From an uncultured delta proteobacterium (GTDB lineage: Bacteria; Myxococcota_A; Polyangia; Polyangiales; Polyangiaceae), in assembly GCA_963696385.1 (NCBI GenBank), contig CAVOKF010000005.1, positions 1,152,001-1,216,000 of the forward strand: 64,000 nt of DNA, written 5' to 3'. Each line of letters begins with the position of its first letter. Position 1 is the stretch's first letter. The notes beneath the pieces are model-generated. The model searched no databases and had not been told where the DNA came from. It saw only the letters and a program-made list of their open reading frames with translations. This document shows, piece by piece, positions 49,599-58,598 of this stretch. The position numbers and the translations under genes are program-made.

Positions 49599-52292
49599 AT
49601 GAACAAATCGATAGCGATCGCCACGTGTCTGGTGGTCGGCGCAGGCGTGACGGCCGCGGGGGCACTGACCGTGCCTAGCAAGTACTACGGCTCGGACACG
49701 CTCGAAAACGTCACGAAAGACGCCATTACGAACGCAACCGGCTTGGGCTCTGGCCAGGCCGGTAACTACCTCGCGGGCGGATCCGGAGCGGGTCAGGGCG
49801 CCATGGCGGCGAGCAGTTTGCTTGCGGCCACGCAGCAGACTGCGCCGATGAGTAAGATGCTGACGAACGGCGTTTGCAACAAGCTGGGGGGGACGAACGG
49901 CTCGGCGGCGACCAACGCGAACGGCATCGTCATCGGCATGGACGCGGTCGACATTCTGGCGTCGTCGACGATTCCCGCCATTACCAACGGCGGACGGGCA
50001 GTATGCAGTGATTCGTCCCTCGCCGACCAGAACGCGCAAGAGCCGAATGGTCTTGCCTACAGTGGGTCGATCGCGGCGGGTGTGCCGTTCGCCAACGCCG
50101 CCGGGAACACGCAAAATTGGAAGTGGACGCTGGCGCTTCTTTACGGAGGACTCGACTTGTCGGCCCCGGCGGGCACTCTTCCGAACTGCCTCAGCACGGC
50201 GCGGGCCGATTTGGTCAACAACTGGAGCCTCTTATTTCAGAACAACAGCACGTGCACCAACGGGTCGGCCAACGCCGAAGTCTGCGGTGACTCGGTTCAC
50301 CTCGCGGCGGGCGACGGGACGCACGTACCGCTGATGCATGCCTTTCGACGCGACGATGCGTCGGGTACATCCGATGTCTTTTCGTCGCTCATCGGCTTGC
50401 AAGTGCTCATGCCGTCGCCGTCGGCGTCTTCCAACAACGGATTCGGCGCGAGTCCCTACTGCAACGCCCTCAACTGGGACACGAACGTCAACAACAACAA
50501 CGGCGGGTTCTGCGGCGGTGCAATCCTCGCTACGGGTCCAAACTCAGGGAATCTGACTTTCGGCCCCGACGACCAATTCGTCGGTCCAGGCGGTGTGCCC
50601 GATACGAATTCAAATTGCACATTCGTGTCGTTCGCGAGCAGCGCCGTCAGTGGCACCGAGAGCTGCCCTGGAAATGCAGGTACGGGCCCTCTACCTGGAG
50701 GTTTAGGAGGTGGAAATCATCGCATGCCGCCGCCGGGCACGTGGGGCAGTTCCAGCCCTGGCGTCGTCGCGGGTCCGGCCATCACCGGCAATCCGAGCAA
50801 CTTCGACGTCTTGCCCACGAGCTTCCAGGACAACGACCCGATCCGGCGCACCTGTATCGGCACGATCTCCGGCGGCCAGACCACCAACGTCCTTGCGTCG
50901 AGCGAGCAGGTTTGCAACCTCGACGGCAAGCTCGGCCTGGTTCTCGCCATCCCGGCTTCGGACTTCATTACGAGCCAGACCAACCCCGCCGGCACGCCCG
51001 AGGTGCAGTACCCGACGGCGGCCTGCACGGGTGCGCAGCGGCTCGGCAAGCCGGTGAACGTCCTCAATTGCGCTCCCTTCCAATCGGCGACGCACGCGGG
51101 AGAGTGTCCCGACGGCGACGGACTGATTGGAACGAGTTGCGAAGTCCCGATCGCGACCTCGCCGCTGACCTCGCAGTGCATCGCATCCAAAACGGTCTCG
51201 GTCGTCTCGCACAAGCGGTCGCTCGGCTCGCCCGATGGCCGTGTCTACAACCTGTTCATGCGGGACGGAACGACCACGGACGGCTCGATCACCTACATTG
51301 AAGAGAGCATCCAAAATGGCACGAGCTCCCCGCCGACCGTCGACTTCATCGGCGGAATGGGAACCATCCACAGCATCGCGACGGTGTGGAACGACGGCAA
51401 CGTGCCAAGCACGGTCACGCTGGCGCTGACTTCGCCGCCGAACGTCGGCTGCCAAATGGTGGATGCGACCGATCAGATCGCATGCCTCGTGCAGGCCGAC
51501 CCGTGCAGCCTCGGGTACGCGGGCGACGGTGGAAAGTCGTGGAACACGCGCCAGAACGGAGTCGTGTGCCAGACCCTCGCGGCTCAGGGTATCTGCGCCG
51601 GCACCGGCACCAACGGAACCCAACCGCCCTACTCCACGAGCTCAGCTCTCGCGCCGTTCGTCTGTCCGGCTCAATGCATCGGCAGCGGCTTGGCGGGCCC
51701 GCAGAGCACCGACTCGCTCCGAATCGACCAGACGTATCCGACCGAGACGACCGTCACGAATCTCGGCTCGCAAAGCGTCGAGTACCAGATCGCGCGCAAG
51801 CTCTACTTCAACTCTCTGGTTGGTTTCTCAGGCATTACGGCCGGTACCGGCGCGTATGCTGACACGGCCACGGGAGAGCTGACGCTGGCCCAATACGAGG
51901 CCAACAATCCGTCGACGCAAATCAATCCGATCCTCACGAGCGTCGGCTACTTCGCGCTCGGTGGCCAGACCAACTCCACTTACAACGCGCCGTTCTGCGA
52001 GGACTTCAACGAGGCGCTCGTCTGCGGATTTGCGACGAACACCAACGGCTGCACCGGCAACGCGGGAAATAACTCCGTTCTTGGAGTTCCGGTCGATCTG
52101 CCAAGCCAGGGGTCCATCTGCGGCAACGGCATTCAAGAGCCCTACGAGGAATGCGACAACGGGACTCCAGACTTGGCCGGGGCGGTCAACGGTGGCAATG
52201 GCTCGTCGGGCAACAATTGCTCGACCATCTGCCGATGCTCCGGCACGACGTCATACGAGAACATCGGGGGGACTGGCTACAAGTGCCAGTGA
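49599..52292 (+). CDS. Secreted Cys-rich PstS-fold protein, paralog 1 (897 aa), with a C-terminal myxobacterial Cys-rich repeat
   Basis: SPase I signal ending AAGA; GSDTL, GGSGAG, RRDDASGT and YQIARKLY; CGNGIQEPYEECDNG. Confidence 0.8.
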   Translation: MNKSIAIATCLVVGAGVTAAGALTVPSKYYGSDTLENVTKDAITNATGLGSGQAGNYLAGGSGAGQGAMAASSLLAATQQTAPMSKMLTNGVCNKLGGTNGSAATNANGIVIGMDAVDILASSTIPAITNGGRAVCSDSSLADQNAQEPNGLAYSGSIAAGVPFANAAGNTQNWKWTLALLYGGLDLSAPAGTLPNCLSTARADLVNNWSLLFQNNSTCTNGSANAEVCGDSVHLAAGDGTHVPLMHAFRRDDASGTSDVFSSLIGLQVLMPSPSASSNNGFGASPYCNALNWDTNVNNNNGGFCGGAILATGPNSGNLTFGPDDQFVGPGGVPDTNSNCTFVSFASSAVSGTESCPGNAGTGPLPGGLGGGNHRMPPPGTWGSSSPGVVAGPAITGNPSNFDVLPTSFQDNDPIRRTCIGTISGGQTTNVLASSEQVCNLDGKLGLVLAIPASDFITSQTNPAGTPEVQYPTAACTGAQRLGKPVNVLNCAPFQSATHAGECPDGDGLIGTSCEVPIATSPLTSQCIASKTVSVVSHKRSLGSPDGRVYNLFMRDGTTTDGSITYIEESIQNGTSSPPTVDFIGGMGTIHSIATVWNDGNVPSTVTLALTSPPNVGCQMVDATDQIACLVQADPCSLGYAGDGGKSWNTRQNGVVCQTLAAQGICAGTGTNGTQPPYSTSSALAPFVCPAQCIGSGLAGPQSTDSLRIDQTYPTETTVTNLGSQSVEYQIARKLYFNSLVGFSGITAGTGAYADTATGELTLAQYEANNPSTQINPILTSVGYFALGGQTNSTYNAPFCEDFNEALVCGFATNTNGCTGNAGNNSVLGVPVDLPSQGSICGNGIQEPYEECDNGTPDLAGAVNGGNGSSGNNCSTICRCSGTTSYENIGGTGYKCQ

Positions 52293-52345
52293 CGAGAAGG
52301 AGACGTCGCCGCTAGACTCGTCGTCTAAGCGAACGGCAACAGGCG

Positions 52346-52379
52346 AAAAGGCGCACCCCAGCGATGGGGTGCGCCTTTT
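52346..52379. terminator. Bidirectional intrinsic terminator between convergent paralogs
   Basis: AAAAGGCGCACCCCA-GCGA-TGGGGTGCGCCTTTT. Confidence 0.9.
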
Positions 52380-52473
52380 TCGTATCGATCACCTTGCTAA
52401 AGCAGCGTTCCGAATCATGGAACGGCGCTTTAGGCCAGCCGAAGGCGCTGGCCCTGGTTGCCCCACGGACCCC

Positions 52474-55116
52474 TCACTGGCATTTGAAGCCTGTTCCCCC
52501 GACGTTCTCGTACGAGAAAATGGGGGCGCATCGGCAGGTGTTGGTGCAGTTGTTGCCTGATGCGCCGTTGCCGCCGTTCACGGCGGCTCCGGTGCCGCTC
52601 GTGACGCCCGGAGTGCCATTGTCGCATTCCTCGTAGGGCTCTTGAATGCCGTTTCCGCAGATGGACCCCTGGCTCGGTAGATCGACGGCAACACCAAGAA
52701 CGGCGTTGCTTCCGGCGTTGGTGAGGCAGCCGTTGACGTTGGACGCTGTCCCGCCCGCGCCGGCTGCGGATCCGCAGATGAGCTCCTCGTTGAAGTCTTC
52801 GCAGAACGGCGTGTTGTAGGGCGCCGTAGCCGCGGAAGGCAGCGTGAAGAAACCGACGGTTGTGAGAATGGGGTTGATCTGGGTCGTCGGATTGTTGGCC
52901 TCGTATTGGGCTAGCGTCAGCTCGCCCGTGGCCGTGTCCGTCTGACTGGAAGTCCCGGCGGTAATCGCCGAGAAGCCAACCAGAGAGTTGAAATAAAGCT
53001 TTCGCGCAATCTGGTACTCGACGTTTTGCGAGCCGAGATCCGTGACGGTCGTCTCGGTCGGATACGTCTGGTCGATTCGGATCGAATCGGTGCTTTGGGG
53101 GCCAGCGATACCGGTCCCAAGGCACTGCGCCGGGCAGACGAACGGCGCGAGGGCGGCGCTCGTGGAGTAGGGCGGTTGGTCCCCATTGGTGCCGGTGCCG
53201 GCGCAGACGCCCTGATCCGCGAGGGTCTGGCACACGATTCCGTTCTGGCGCGTGTTCCACGTTTTGCCGTTGTCGGCGGCAAAGCCGAAGCTGCAGGGGT
53301 CGGCCTGCACCAAGCAGCCGATCTGATCGTCGGCGACGACCATTTGGCAGCCGACGTTCGGCGGGCCGGAGGTAACGACGAGTGCAGCATTGCTCGCGAC
53401 GCTGCCGTCGTTCCAGACGGTTTCGACCGTGTGGATGCGACCCATACCGCCCGCGAAGTCGATGACGACCGGGGTGCTCGTGCCGTTTTGGAGGGTCTGC
53501 TTGATGTAGGCGATCGACCCGTCCACCGTGTCTCCGTCGCGCATGAACAGGTTGTAGATGCGCCCGTCGGGCGAGTTGAGCGTTCGCTTGTGCGACACGA
53601 CGGAGACGGTCTTGGACGCGATGCACTGGGACGTGAGCGGCGAGGTCGCGATCGGGACTTCACAGCTCGTGCCAATCAGTCCGTCGCCGTCGGGACACTC
53701 TCCCGCGTGCGTGGCCGATTGGAAGGGACCGCAATTGAGGACGTTCACCGGTTTGCCGAGCCGCTGCGCACCGGTGCAAGCCGCCGTCGGGTATTGAACC
53801 ATCCCCGCGGGTGAGGTGATCGTCGGAATGAAGTCCGAGGCCGGAATGGCAAGAACGACGCCGAGCTTGCCGTCGAGATTGCAAACTTCCTCGCCGGACG
53901 CGAGGGCATTGCCCGTTTGGCCGCCCGAGATCGTTCCGATGCAGGTGCGCCGGATCGGATCGTTGTCTTGGAAGCTCGTGGGCAAGACGTCGAAGTTGCT
54001 CGGATTGCCGGTGATGGCGGGCGCGTTGCCCCAGGTGCCGGGCGGCGGCATGCGGTGGTTTCCACCTCCGCCCGACACGGCGCACGTCTCGGCGGTATTG
54101 ACGGCGCTGGTCGCGAACGACTTGAACGTGCACAGCGAATTCGGATCGGGCACGCCGCCGGGACCCACGAATTGGTCGTCGCCTCCGAAGGTCAAATTGC
54201 CCAAGCTATTGACCACTCCGCCGCAGAACCCACCGTTGTTGTTGGCGACGTTGGTGTCCCAGTTGAGGACGTTGCAGTACGGGCTCGTGCCGAATCCGTT
54301 GTTGGCCGACGCCGACACGCCCGGCATGAGCACTTGCAAGCCGATGAGCGATGAAAAGACATCGCCCGTGCCCGCCAAATCGTCGCGCCGAAAGGCGTGC
54401 ATCAGCGGTACATGCGTCCCGTCGCCGGCCGCAACGTGAACCGAGTCGCCGCAGACTTCGGCGTTGGCCGACCCGTTGCTGCACGTGCTGCTGTTCTGAA
54501 ACAAGAGGCTCCAGTTATTGACCAATGCGGCCCGCGCCGTGCTGGCGCAATCCGGGAGGGTGCCCGCGGGGGCCGACAGGTCGAGGCCTCCGTAGAGAAG
54601 CGCCAGCGCCCACTTCCAGTTCTGCGTGTTGCCGGCGGTGTTGGCGAACGGCACACCCGCCGCCGTCGTCCCGCTGTAGGCAAGGCCGCTTGGATCTTGT
54701 CCATTCTGGTTGGACGAGTTGCTGCATGTCGACGTGGCCGGAATCGTCGACGACGCCAGGATGTCGACCGCGTCCATGCCGATGACGATGCCGCTCGCGT
54801 TGGTCGCGGCCGAGCCGTTGGTTCCCCCGAGCTTGTTGCACACGCTGCTGTTGAGCATTTTCGTCATCGGCGCCGTCTGCTGCGTCGAGGCCTTGACGGT
54901 GCTTGTCGCCATCGCCGATTGGCCCGCGGCCGACCCGCCCGCGACATAGCTACTGGCCTGGGTGGAGCCCAAAGCGGGCGCGGCCGAAATGGCATCCTTC
55001 GTGACGTTGGTGAGCGTGTCCGAGCCGAAGTACGGGGCCGGCACGGTTAGCGCCCCCACGGCCGTGATGCCCGATCCGACCACCAGGCCGGTGGCGATCG
55101 CTATCGATGTTCTCAT
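52474..55116 (-). CDS. Secreted Cys-rich PstS-fold protein, paralog 2 (880 aa)
   Basis: Same architecture; GSDTL, GGSAAG, RRDDLAGT and YQIARKLY. Confidence 0.8.
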   Translation of the reverse strand: MRTSIAIATGLVVGSGITAVGALTVPAPYFGSDTLTNVTKDAISAAPALGSTQASSYVAGGSAAGQSAMATSTVKASTQQTAPMTKMLNSSVCNKLGGTNGSAATNASGIVIGMDAVDILASSTIPATSTCSNSSNQNGQDPSGLAYSGTTAAGVPFANTAGNTQNWKWALALLYGGLDLSAPAGTLPDCASTARAALVNNWSLLFQNSSTCSNGSANAEVCGDSVHVAAGDGTHVPLMHAFRRDDLAGTGDVFSSLIGLQVLMPGVSASANNGFGTSPYCNVLNWDTNVANNNGGFCGGVVNSLGNLTFGGDDQFVGPGGVPDPNSLCTFKSFATSAVNTAETCAVSGGGGNHRMPPPGTWGNAPAITGNPSNFDVLPTSFQDNDPIRRTCIGTISGGQTGNALASGEEVCNLDGKLGVVLAIPASDFIPTITSPAGMVQYPTAACTGAQRLGKPVNVLNCGPFQSATHAGECPDGDGLIGTSCEVPIATSPLTSQCIASKTVSVVSHKRTLNSPDGRIYNLFMRDGDTVDGSIAYIKQTLQNGTSTPVVIDFAGGMGRIHTVETVWNDGSVASNAALVVTSGPPNVGCQMVVADDQIGCLVQADPCSFGFAADNGKTWNTRQNGIVCQTLADQGVCAGTGTNGDQPPYSTSAALAPFVCPAQCLGTGIAGPQSTDSIRIDQTYPTETTVTDLGSQNVEYQIARKLYFNSLVGFSAITAGTSSQTDTATGELTLAQYEANNPTTQINPILTTVGFFTLPSAATAPYNTPFCEDFNEELICGSAAGAGGTASNVNGCLTNAGSNAVLGVAVDLPSQGSICGNGIQEPYEECDNGTPGVTSGTGAAVNGGNGASGNNCTNTCRCAPIFSYENVGGTGFKCQ

Positions 55117-55211
55117 TTCCGAAATTCTCCGATTGCAGTTCCGACGCACTTGCCCGACCGACCGATTTCGGAATGGGCCAGCCGACTATGTCGGGCTGCG
55201 GATGTGTCCGC

Positions 55212-55230
55212 AATCGTAGACTTTACGATT
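55212..55230. promoter_or_regulatory. Palindromic operator-like site upstream of paralog 2
   Basis: AATCGTA-GACTT-TACGATT; CCGATTTCGGAAT also occurs at 55162. Confidence 0.4.
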
Positions 55231-55343
55231 CCGCAACGAACGGCGCACGATTGTGCAACGCACGGCAACGGGACGGCCTCCATGCCGTGACGCGCCGACC
55301 GGACGGCGAAGGAGGCCCGCGGGCGAGCGCACAAAATGAAAGA

Positions 55344-55375
55344 AGAGGCGCATCCCACGAAGGGGATGCGCCTCT
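55344..55375 (-). terminator. Intrinsic terminator of paralog 3
   Basis: Stem AGAGGCGCATCCC/GGGATGCGCCTCT followed by TCTTTCATTTT on the minus strand. Confidence 0.85.
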
Positions 55376-55436
55376 CTCGATTGAGGCTCTCGTTATTCGT
55401 TCGCGGTCTGGCTTGCGGGTCCGGTGAGGCCGGCTC

Positions 55437-58130
55437 TCACTGGCACTTGAAGCCCGTGCCGGTGTTTTCGTAAGAGAACGTGCCTGCGCAGCGGCAGATG
55501 GTCGAGCAATTGTTGCCCGATCCGCCGTTGCCACCGTTGACGGCGGTTCCGGTTCCGCTCGTGACGCCGGGGGTGCCGTTGTCGCATTCCTCATAGGGCT
55601 CTTGAATGCCGTTGCCGCAGATCGACCCTGTGCTCGGCAGGCCGACGGCGACTCCGAGAGTGGCGTTGTTTCCCGCGTTGCCGGGGCACGCGTCGACGTT
55701 GGACGCCGTCCCGCCCGCGCCGGCCGCGGCTCCGCAGACCAGCTCCTCGTTGAAGTCCTCGCAGAACGGCGCGTTGTACGGGGCTGTAGCGGCGGAAGGC
55801 AGTGTGAAGTAGCCGACGCTCGTGAGAATCGAGTTGATCACGGGGACGCCGCTGACGACCGAGGCCTCGTATTGGGCCAAGGTGAGCTCGCCGGTGGCCG
55901 TGTCCGTCTGACCCGAAGTCCCGGCGGTAATGGCCGAGAAGCCCACAAGAGAGTTGAAGTAGAGCTTGCGCGCGATCTGGTACTCCACGGTTTGCGAGCC
56001 GAGATCGGTCACGGTCGTTTCGGTCGGATACGTCTGGTCGATCCGGAGCGAGTCCGTGCTTTGGGGGCCGGCTAAGCCGCTGCCGATGCATTGCGCCGGA
56101 CACACGAACGGCGCGAGGGCTGAGCTCGTGGAGTAGGGCGGTTGGGTTCCATTGGTGCCGCTGCCGGCGCAGACGCCTTGGGCCGCGAGGGTCTGGCAGA
56201 CGATTCCGTTCTGGCGTGTGCTCCACGACTTGCCGCCGTCGGCTGCATACCCGAAGCTGCAGGGGTCGGCTTGGACCAAGCACCCCACCTGATCGTCGGC
56301 GGAGACCATCTGGCAGCCGACGTTCGGCGGCGAAGTCAGCGCCAGCGTGGCATTGCTCGCCACGTTGCCGTCGTTCCACACCGTCGCGATGGTGTGGATG
56401 GTTCCCATTCCGCCGATGAAGTCGACGGTCGGCGGCGAACTTGTGCCATTTTGGATCGTCTGTTCGATGTAGGTGATCGATCCGTCCGTGGTCGTTCCGT
56501 CCCGCATGAACAGGTTGTAGACGCGCCCATCGGGCGAGCCGAGCGTCCGCTTGTGCGAGACGACCGAGACCGTCTTGGATGCGATGCACTGCGAGGTCAG
56601 CGGAGAGGTCGCGATCGGGACTTCGCAACTCGTTCCAATCAGTCCGTCGCCGTCGGGACACTCTCCCGCGTGCGTCGCCGATTGGAAGGGACCGCAATTG
56701 AGGACGTTCACCGGCTTGCCGAGCCGCTGCGCACCCGTGCAGGCCACTGTCGGGTATTGAACCTCCGGCGTGCCAGCGGGGTTGGTCTGGCTCGAGATGA
56801 AGTCCGAAGTGGGGACAGCGAGGACGACTCCGAGTTTTCCGTCGAGGTTGCAAACTTGCTCGCCCGATGCAAGGACGTTGGTCGTCTGGCCTCCGGAGAT
56901 CGTTCCGATGCAGGTGCGCCGGATCGGGTCGTTGTCCTGGAAGCCGGTGGGCAGCACATCGAAGTTGCTGGGATTGCCGGTGATGGCCGGAGTGTTGCCC
57001 CACGTGCCCGGCGGCGGCATGCGGTGATTTCCACCGCCGCCCGTCGTGTTGCATGTTTCGGTACCACTGACGGCGCTGCTCGCGAACGACTTGAACGTGC
57101 ACAGCGAATTCGGGTCGATGACACCGCCGGGGCCGACGAATTGGTCGTCGGGGCCGAAAGTCAGATTGCCCAGGCTATTGAGCTGTCCGCCGCAGAACCC
57201 ACCGTTGTTGTTGTTGACGTTCGTGTCCCAGTTGAGGGCGTTGCAGTAAGGACTCGCGCCGAATCCGTTGTTGGATGAAGCCGATGGCGACGGCATGAGC
57301 ACCTGCAAGCCGATGAGCGACGAGAAGACGTCGGATGTGCCGGACGAGTCGTCACGCCGGAATGCGTGCATCAGCGGTACGTGCGTTCCGTCGCCCGCAG
57401 CAACGTGAACCGAGTCGCCGCAGACGTCGGCGTTGTTGCCGGATGGCGCGGCGGGAGAGGCCGTCCCGTTGCTGCACGTGCTGCTATTTTGAAATAACAG
57501 ACTCCAATTGTTGACCAGAGCCGCGCGCACCGAGCTGCTGCAGTCCGGAAGCGTGCCCGCTGGGGCCGACAGGTCGAGGCCTCCGTAGAGAAGCGCGAGC
57601 GTCCACTTCCAGTTCTGCGTGTTGCCCGCGGTGTTGGCGAACGGCACGCCCGCCGCAATCGAGCCGCTGTAGGCAAGACCGTTCGCTTCCTGCGCGTTCT
57701 GGTCGGCGACGGACGAATCACTGCAGACAGCCTGCCCGCCGTTGGTAATGGCCGGGATCGTCGACGACGCCAGAATGTCGACCGCGTCCATGCCGATGAC
57801 GATGCCGCTCGCGTTGGTCGCGGCCGAGCCGTTCGTCCCCCCGATCTTGTTGCACACCCCATTCGTCAGCATTTTCGTCATGGGCGCGGTCTGCTGCGTG
57901 GAGGCCTTCACCGAACTGGCCGCCATGGCCGACTGACCGGCGCCAGAGCCGCCGGCGAGGTAGTTCGCTTCCTGGCTGGAGCCCAACCCCGGTGCAGCCA
58001 GAATGGCATCCCGAGTGACGTAAAGAAGTGAATCCGACCCGTAGTACGCCGTAGGCAAGGTCAGTGCCCCTGCGGCCGTAATGCCCGCGCCGACCACCAA
58101 GCCGGTGGCGATCGCTATAGATTTTCTCAT
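55437..58130 (-). CDS. Secreted Cys-rich PstS-fold protein, paralog 3 (897 aa)
   Basis: GGAGG RBS; GSDSL, GGSGAG, RRDDSSGT and YQIARKLY. Confidence 0.8.
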   Translation of the reverse strand: MRKSIAIATGLVVGAGITAAGALTLPTAYYGSDSLLYVTRDAILAAPGLGSSQEANYLAGGSGAGQSAMAASSVKASTQQTAPMTKMLTNGVCNKIGGTNGSAATNASGIVIGMDAVDILASSTIPAITNGGQAVCSDSSVADQNAQEANGLAYSGSIAAGVPFANTAGNTQNWKWTLALLYGGLDLSAPAGTLPDCSSSVRAALVNNWSLLFQNSSTCSNGTASPAAPSGNNADVCGDSVHVAAGDGTHVPLMHAFRRDDSSGTSDVFSSLIGLQVLMPSPSASSNNGFGASPYCNALNWDTNVNNNNGGFCGGQLNSLGNLTFGPDDQFVGPGGVIDPNSLCTFKSFASSAVSGTETCNTTGGGGNHRMPPPGTWGNTPAITGNPSNFDVLPTGFQDNDPIRRTCIGTISGGQTTNVLASGEQVCNLDGKLGVVLAVPTSDFISSQTNPAGTPEVQYPTVACTGAQRLGKPVNVLNCGPFQSATHAGECPDGDGLIGTSCEVPIATSPLTSQCIASKTVSVVSHKRTLGSPDGRVYNLFMRDGTTTDGSITYIEQTIQNGTSSPPTVDFIGGMGTIHTIATVWNDGNVASNATLALTSPPNVGCQMVSADDQVGCLVQADPCSFGYAADGGKSWSTRQNGIVCQTLAAQGVCAGSGTNGTQPPYSTSSALAPFVCPAQCIGSGLAGPQSTDSLRIDQTYPTETTVTDLGSQTVEYQIARKLYFNSLVGFSAITAGTSGQTDTATGELTLAQYEASVVSGVPVINSILTSVGYFTLPSAATAPYNAPFCEDFNEELVCGAAAGAGGTASNVDACPGNAGNNATLGVAVGLPSTGSICGNGIQEPYEECDNGTPGVTSGTGTAVNGGNGGSGNNCSTICRCAGTFSYENTGTGFKCQ

Positions 58131-58221
58131 TTTGCCGAAACCTCCAAAGTGCTGTGCCGACGCCGTGCCATGTCCCAATGGGCGCGCAGGCGTTCGTTTT
58201 AACAGACGAACGCTCCGTCGA

Positions 58222-58237
58222 AGCATCAAACGGGCCC
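58222..58237 (-). promoter_or_regulatory. Sigma54-like -24/-12 element
   Basis: GGGCCCG-TTTG-ATGCT (GG-N10-GC). Confidence 0.4.
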
Positions 58238-58329
58238 ATCGGCCGAAAGAGCAGGTATCTTCAACATTGGCACGTACAATCAGACACTTAGGATCCGCGC
58301 GAAGACGATGGCCTCAGCCCCGCGATCAA

Positions 58330-58363
58330 CCGATTTTCGGAATCAAGCCACTGATTATCGGAG
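58330..58363. promoter_or_regulatory. Shared upstream element, second copy
   Basis: CCGATTTTCGGAATCA-AGCCACT-GATTATCGGAG. Confidence 0.65.
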
Positions 58364-58598
58364 GGCAGTAGACGGCTCTTTTGTCATGGACCCCGTGTCT
58401 TCGCAGGCGACCTGAGTGAACCGAGGGTCGCGCCATCCGGCGTCATGCGGACGACGACCCCCGCGCATCGCGTTTCGGTCGCGAACGATCCGTCGATCCG
58501 AGCCCAACGTCGATCCCTCTTGCCGATCCGCCTGACGCCCCGCGCGGGAAGTGACGCGTCGGCGTGCCCTCGAAGTTGCGCCGAACCCTTTACGCGAT

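Noticed and set aside
49599..52292. Enrichment of N-x-S/T glycosylation sequons (about 16 counted in paralog 1)
   Set aside because: Roughly what the high N and S/T content would give by chance.
49599..58130. Diversity-generating retroelement or recombinase-driven shufflon behind the paralog variation
   Set aside because: No reverse transcriptase or site-specific recombinase in the window; the differences include indels and are not obviously adenine-specific.
58155..58170. Sigma54-like TGGCACG-GCGT-CGGCA just upstream of paralog 3
   Set aside because: It would place the transcription start inside the RBS; the 58222 site fits the shared spacing better.
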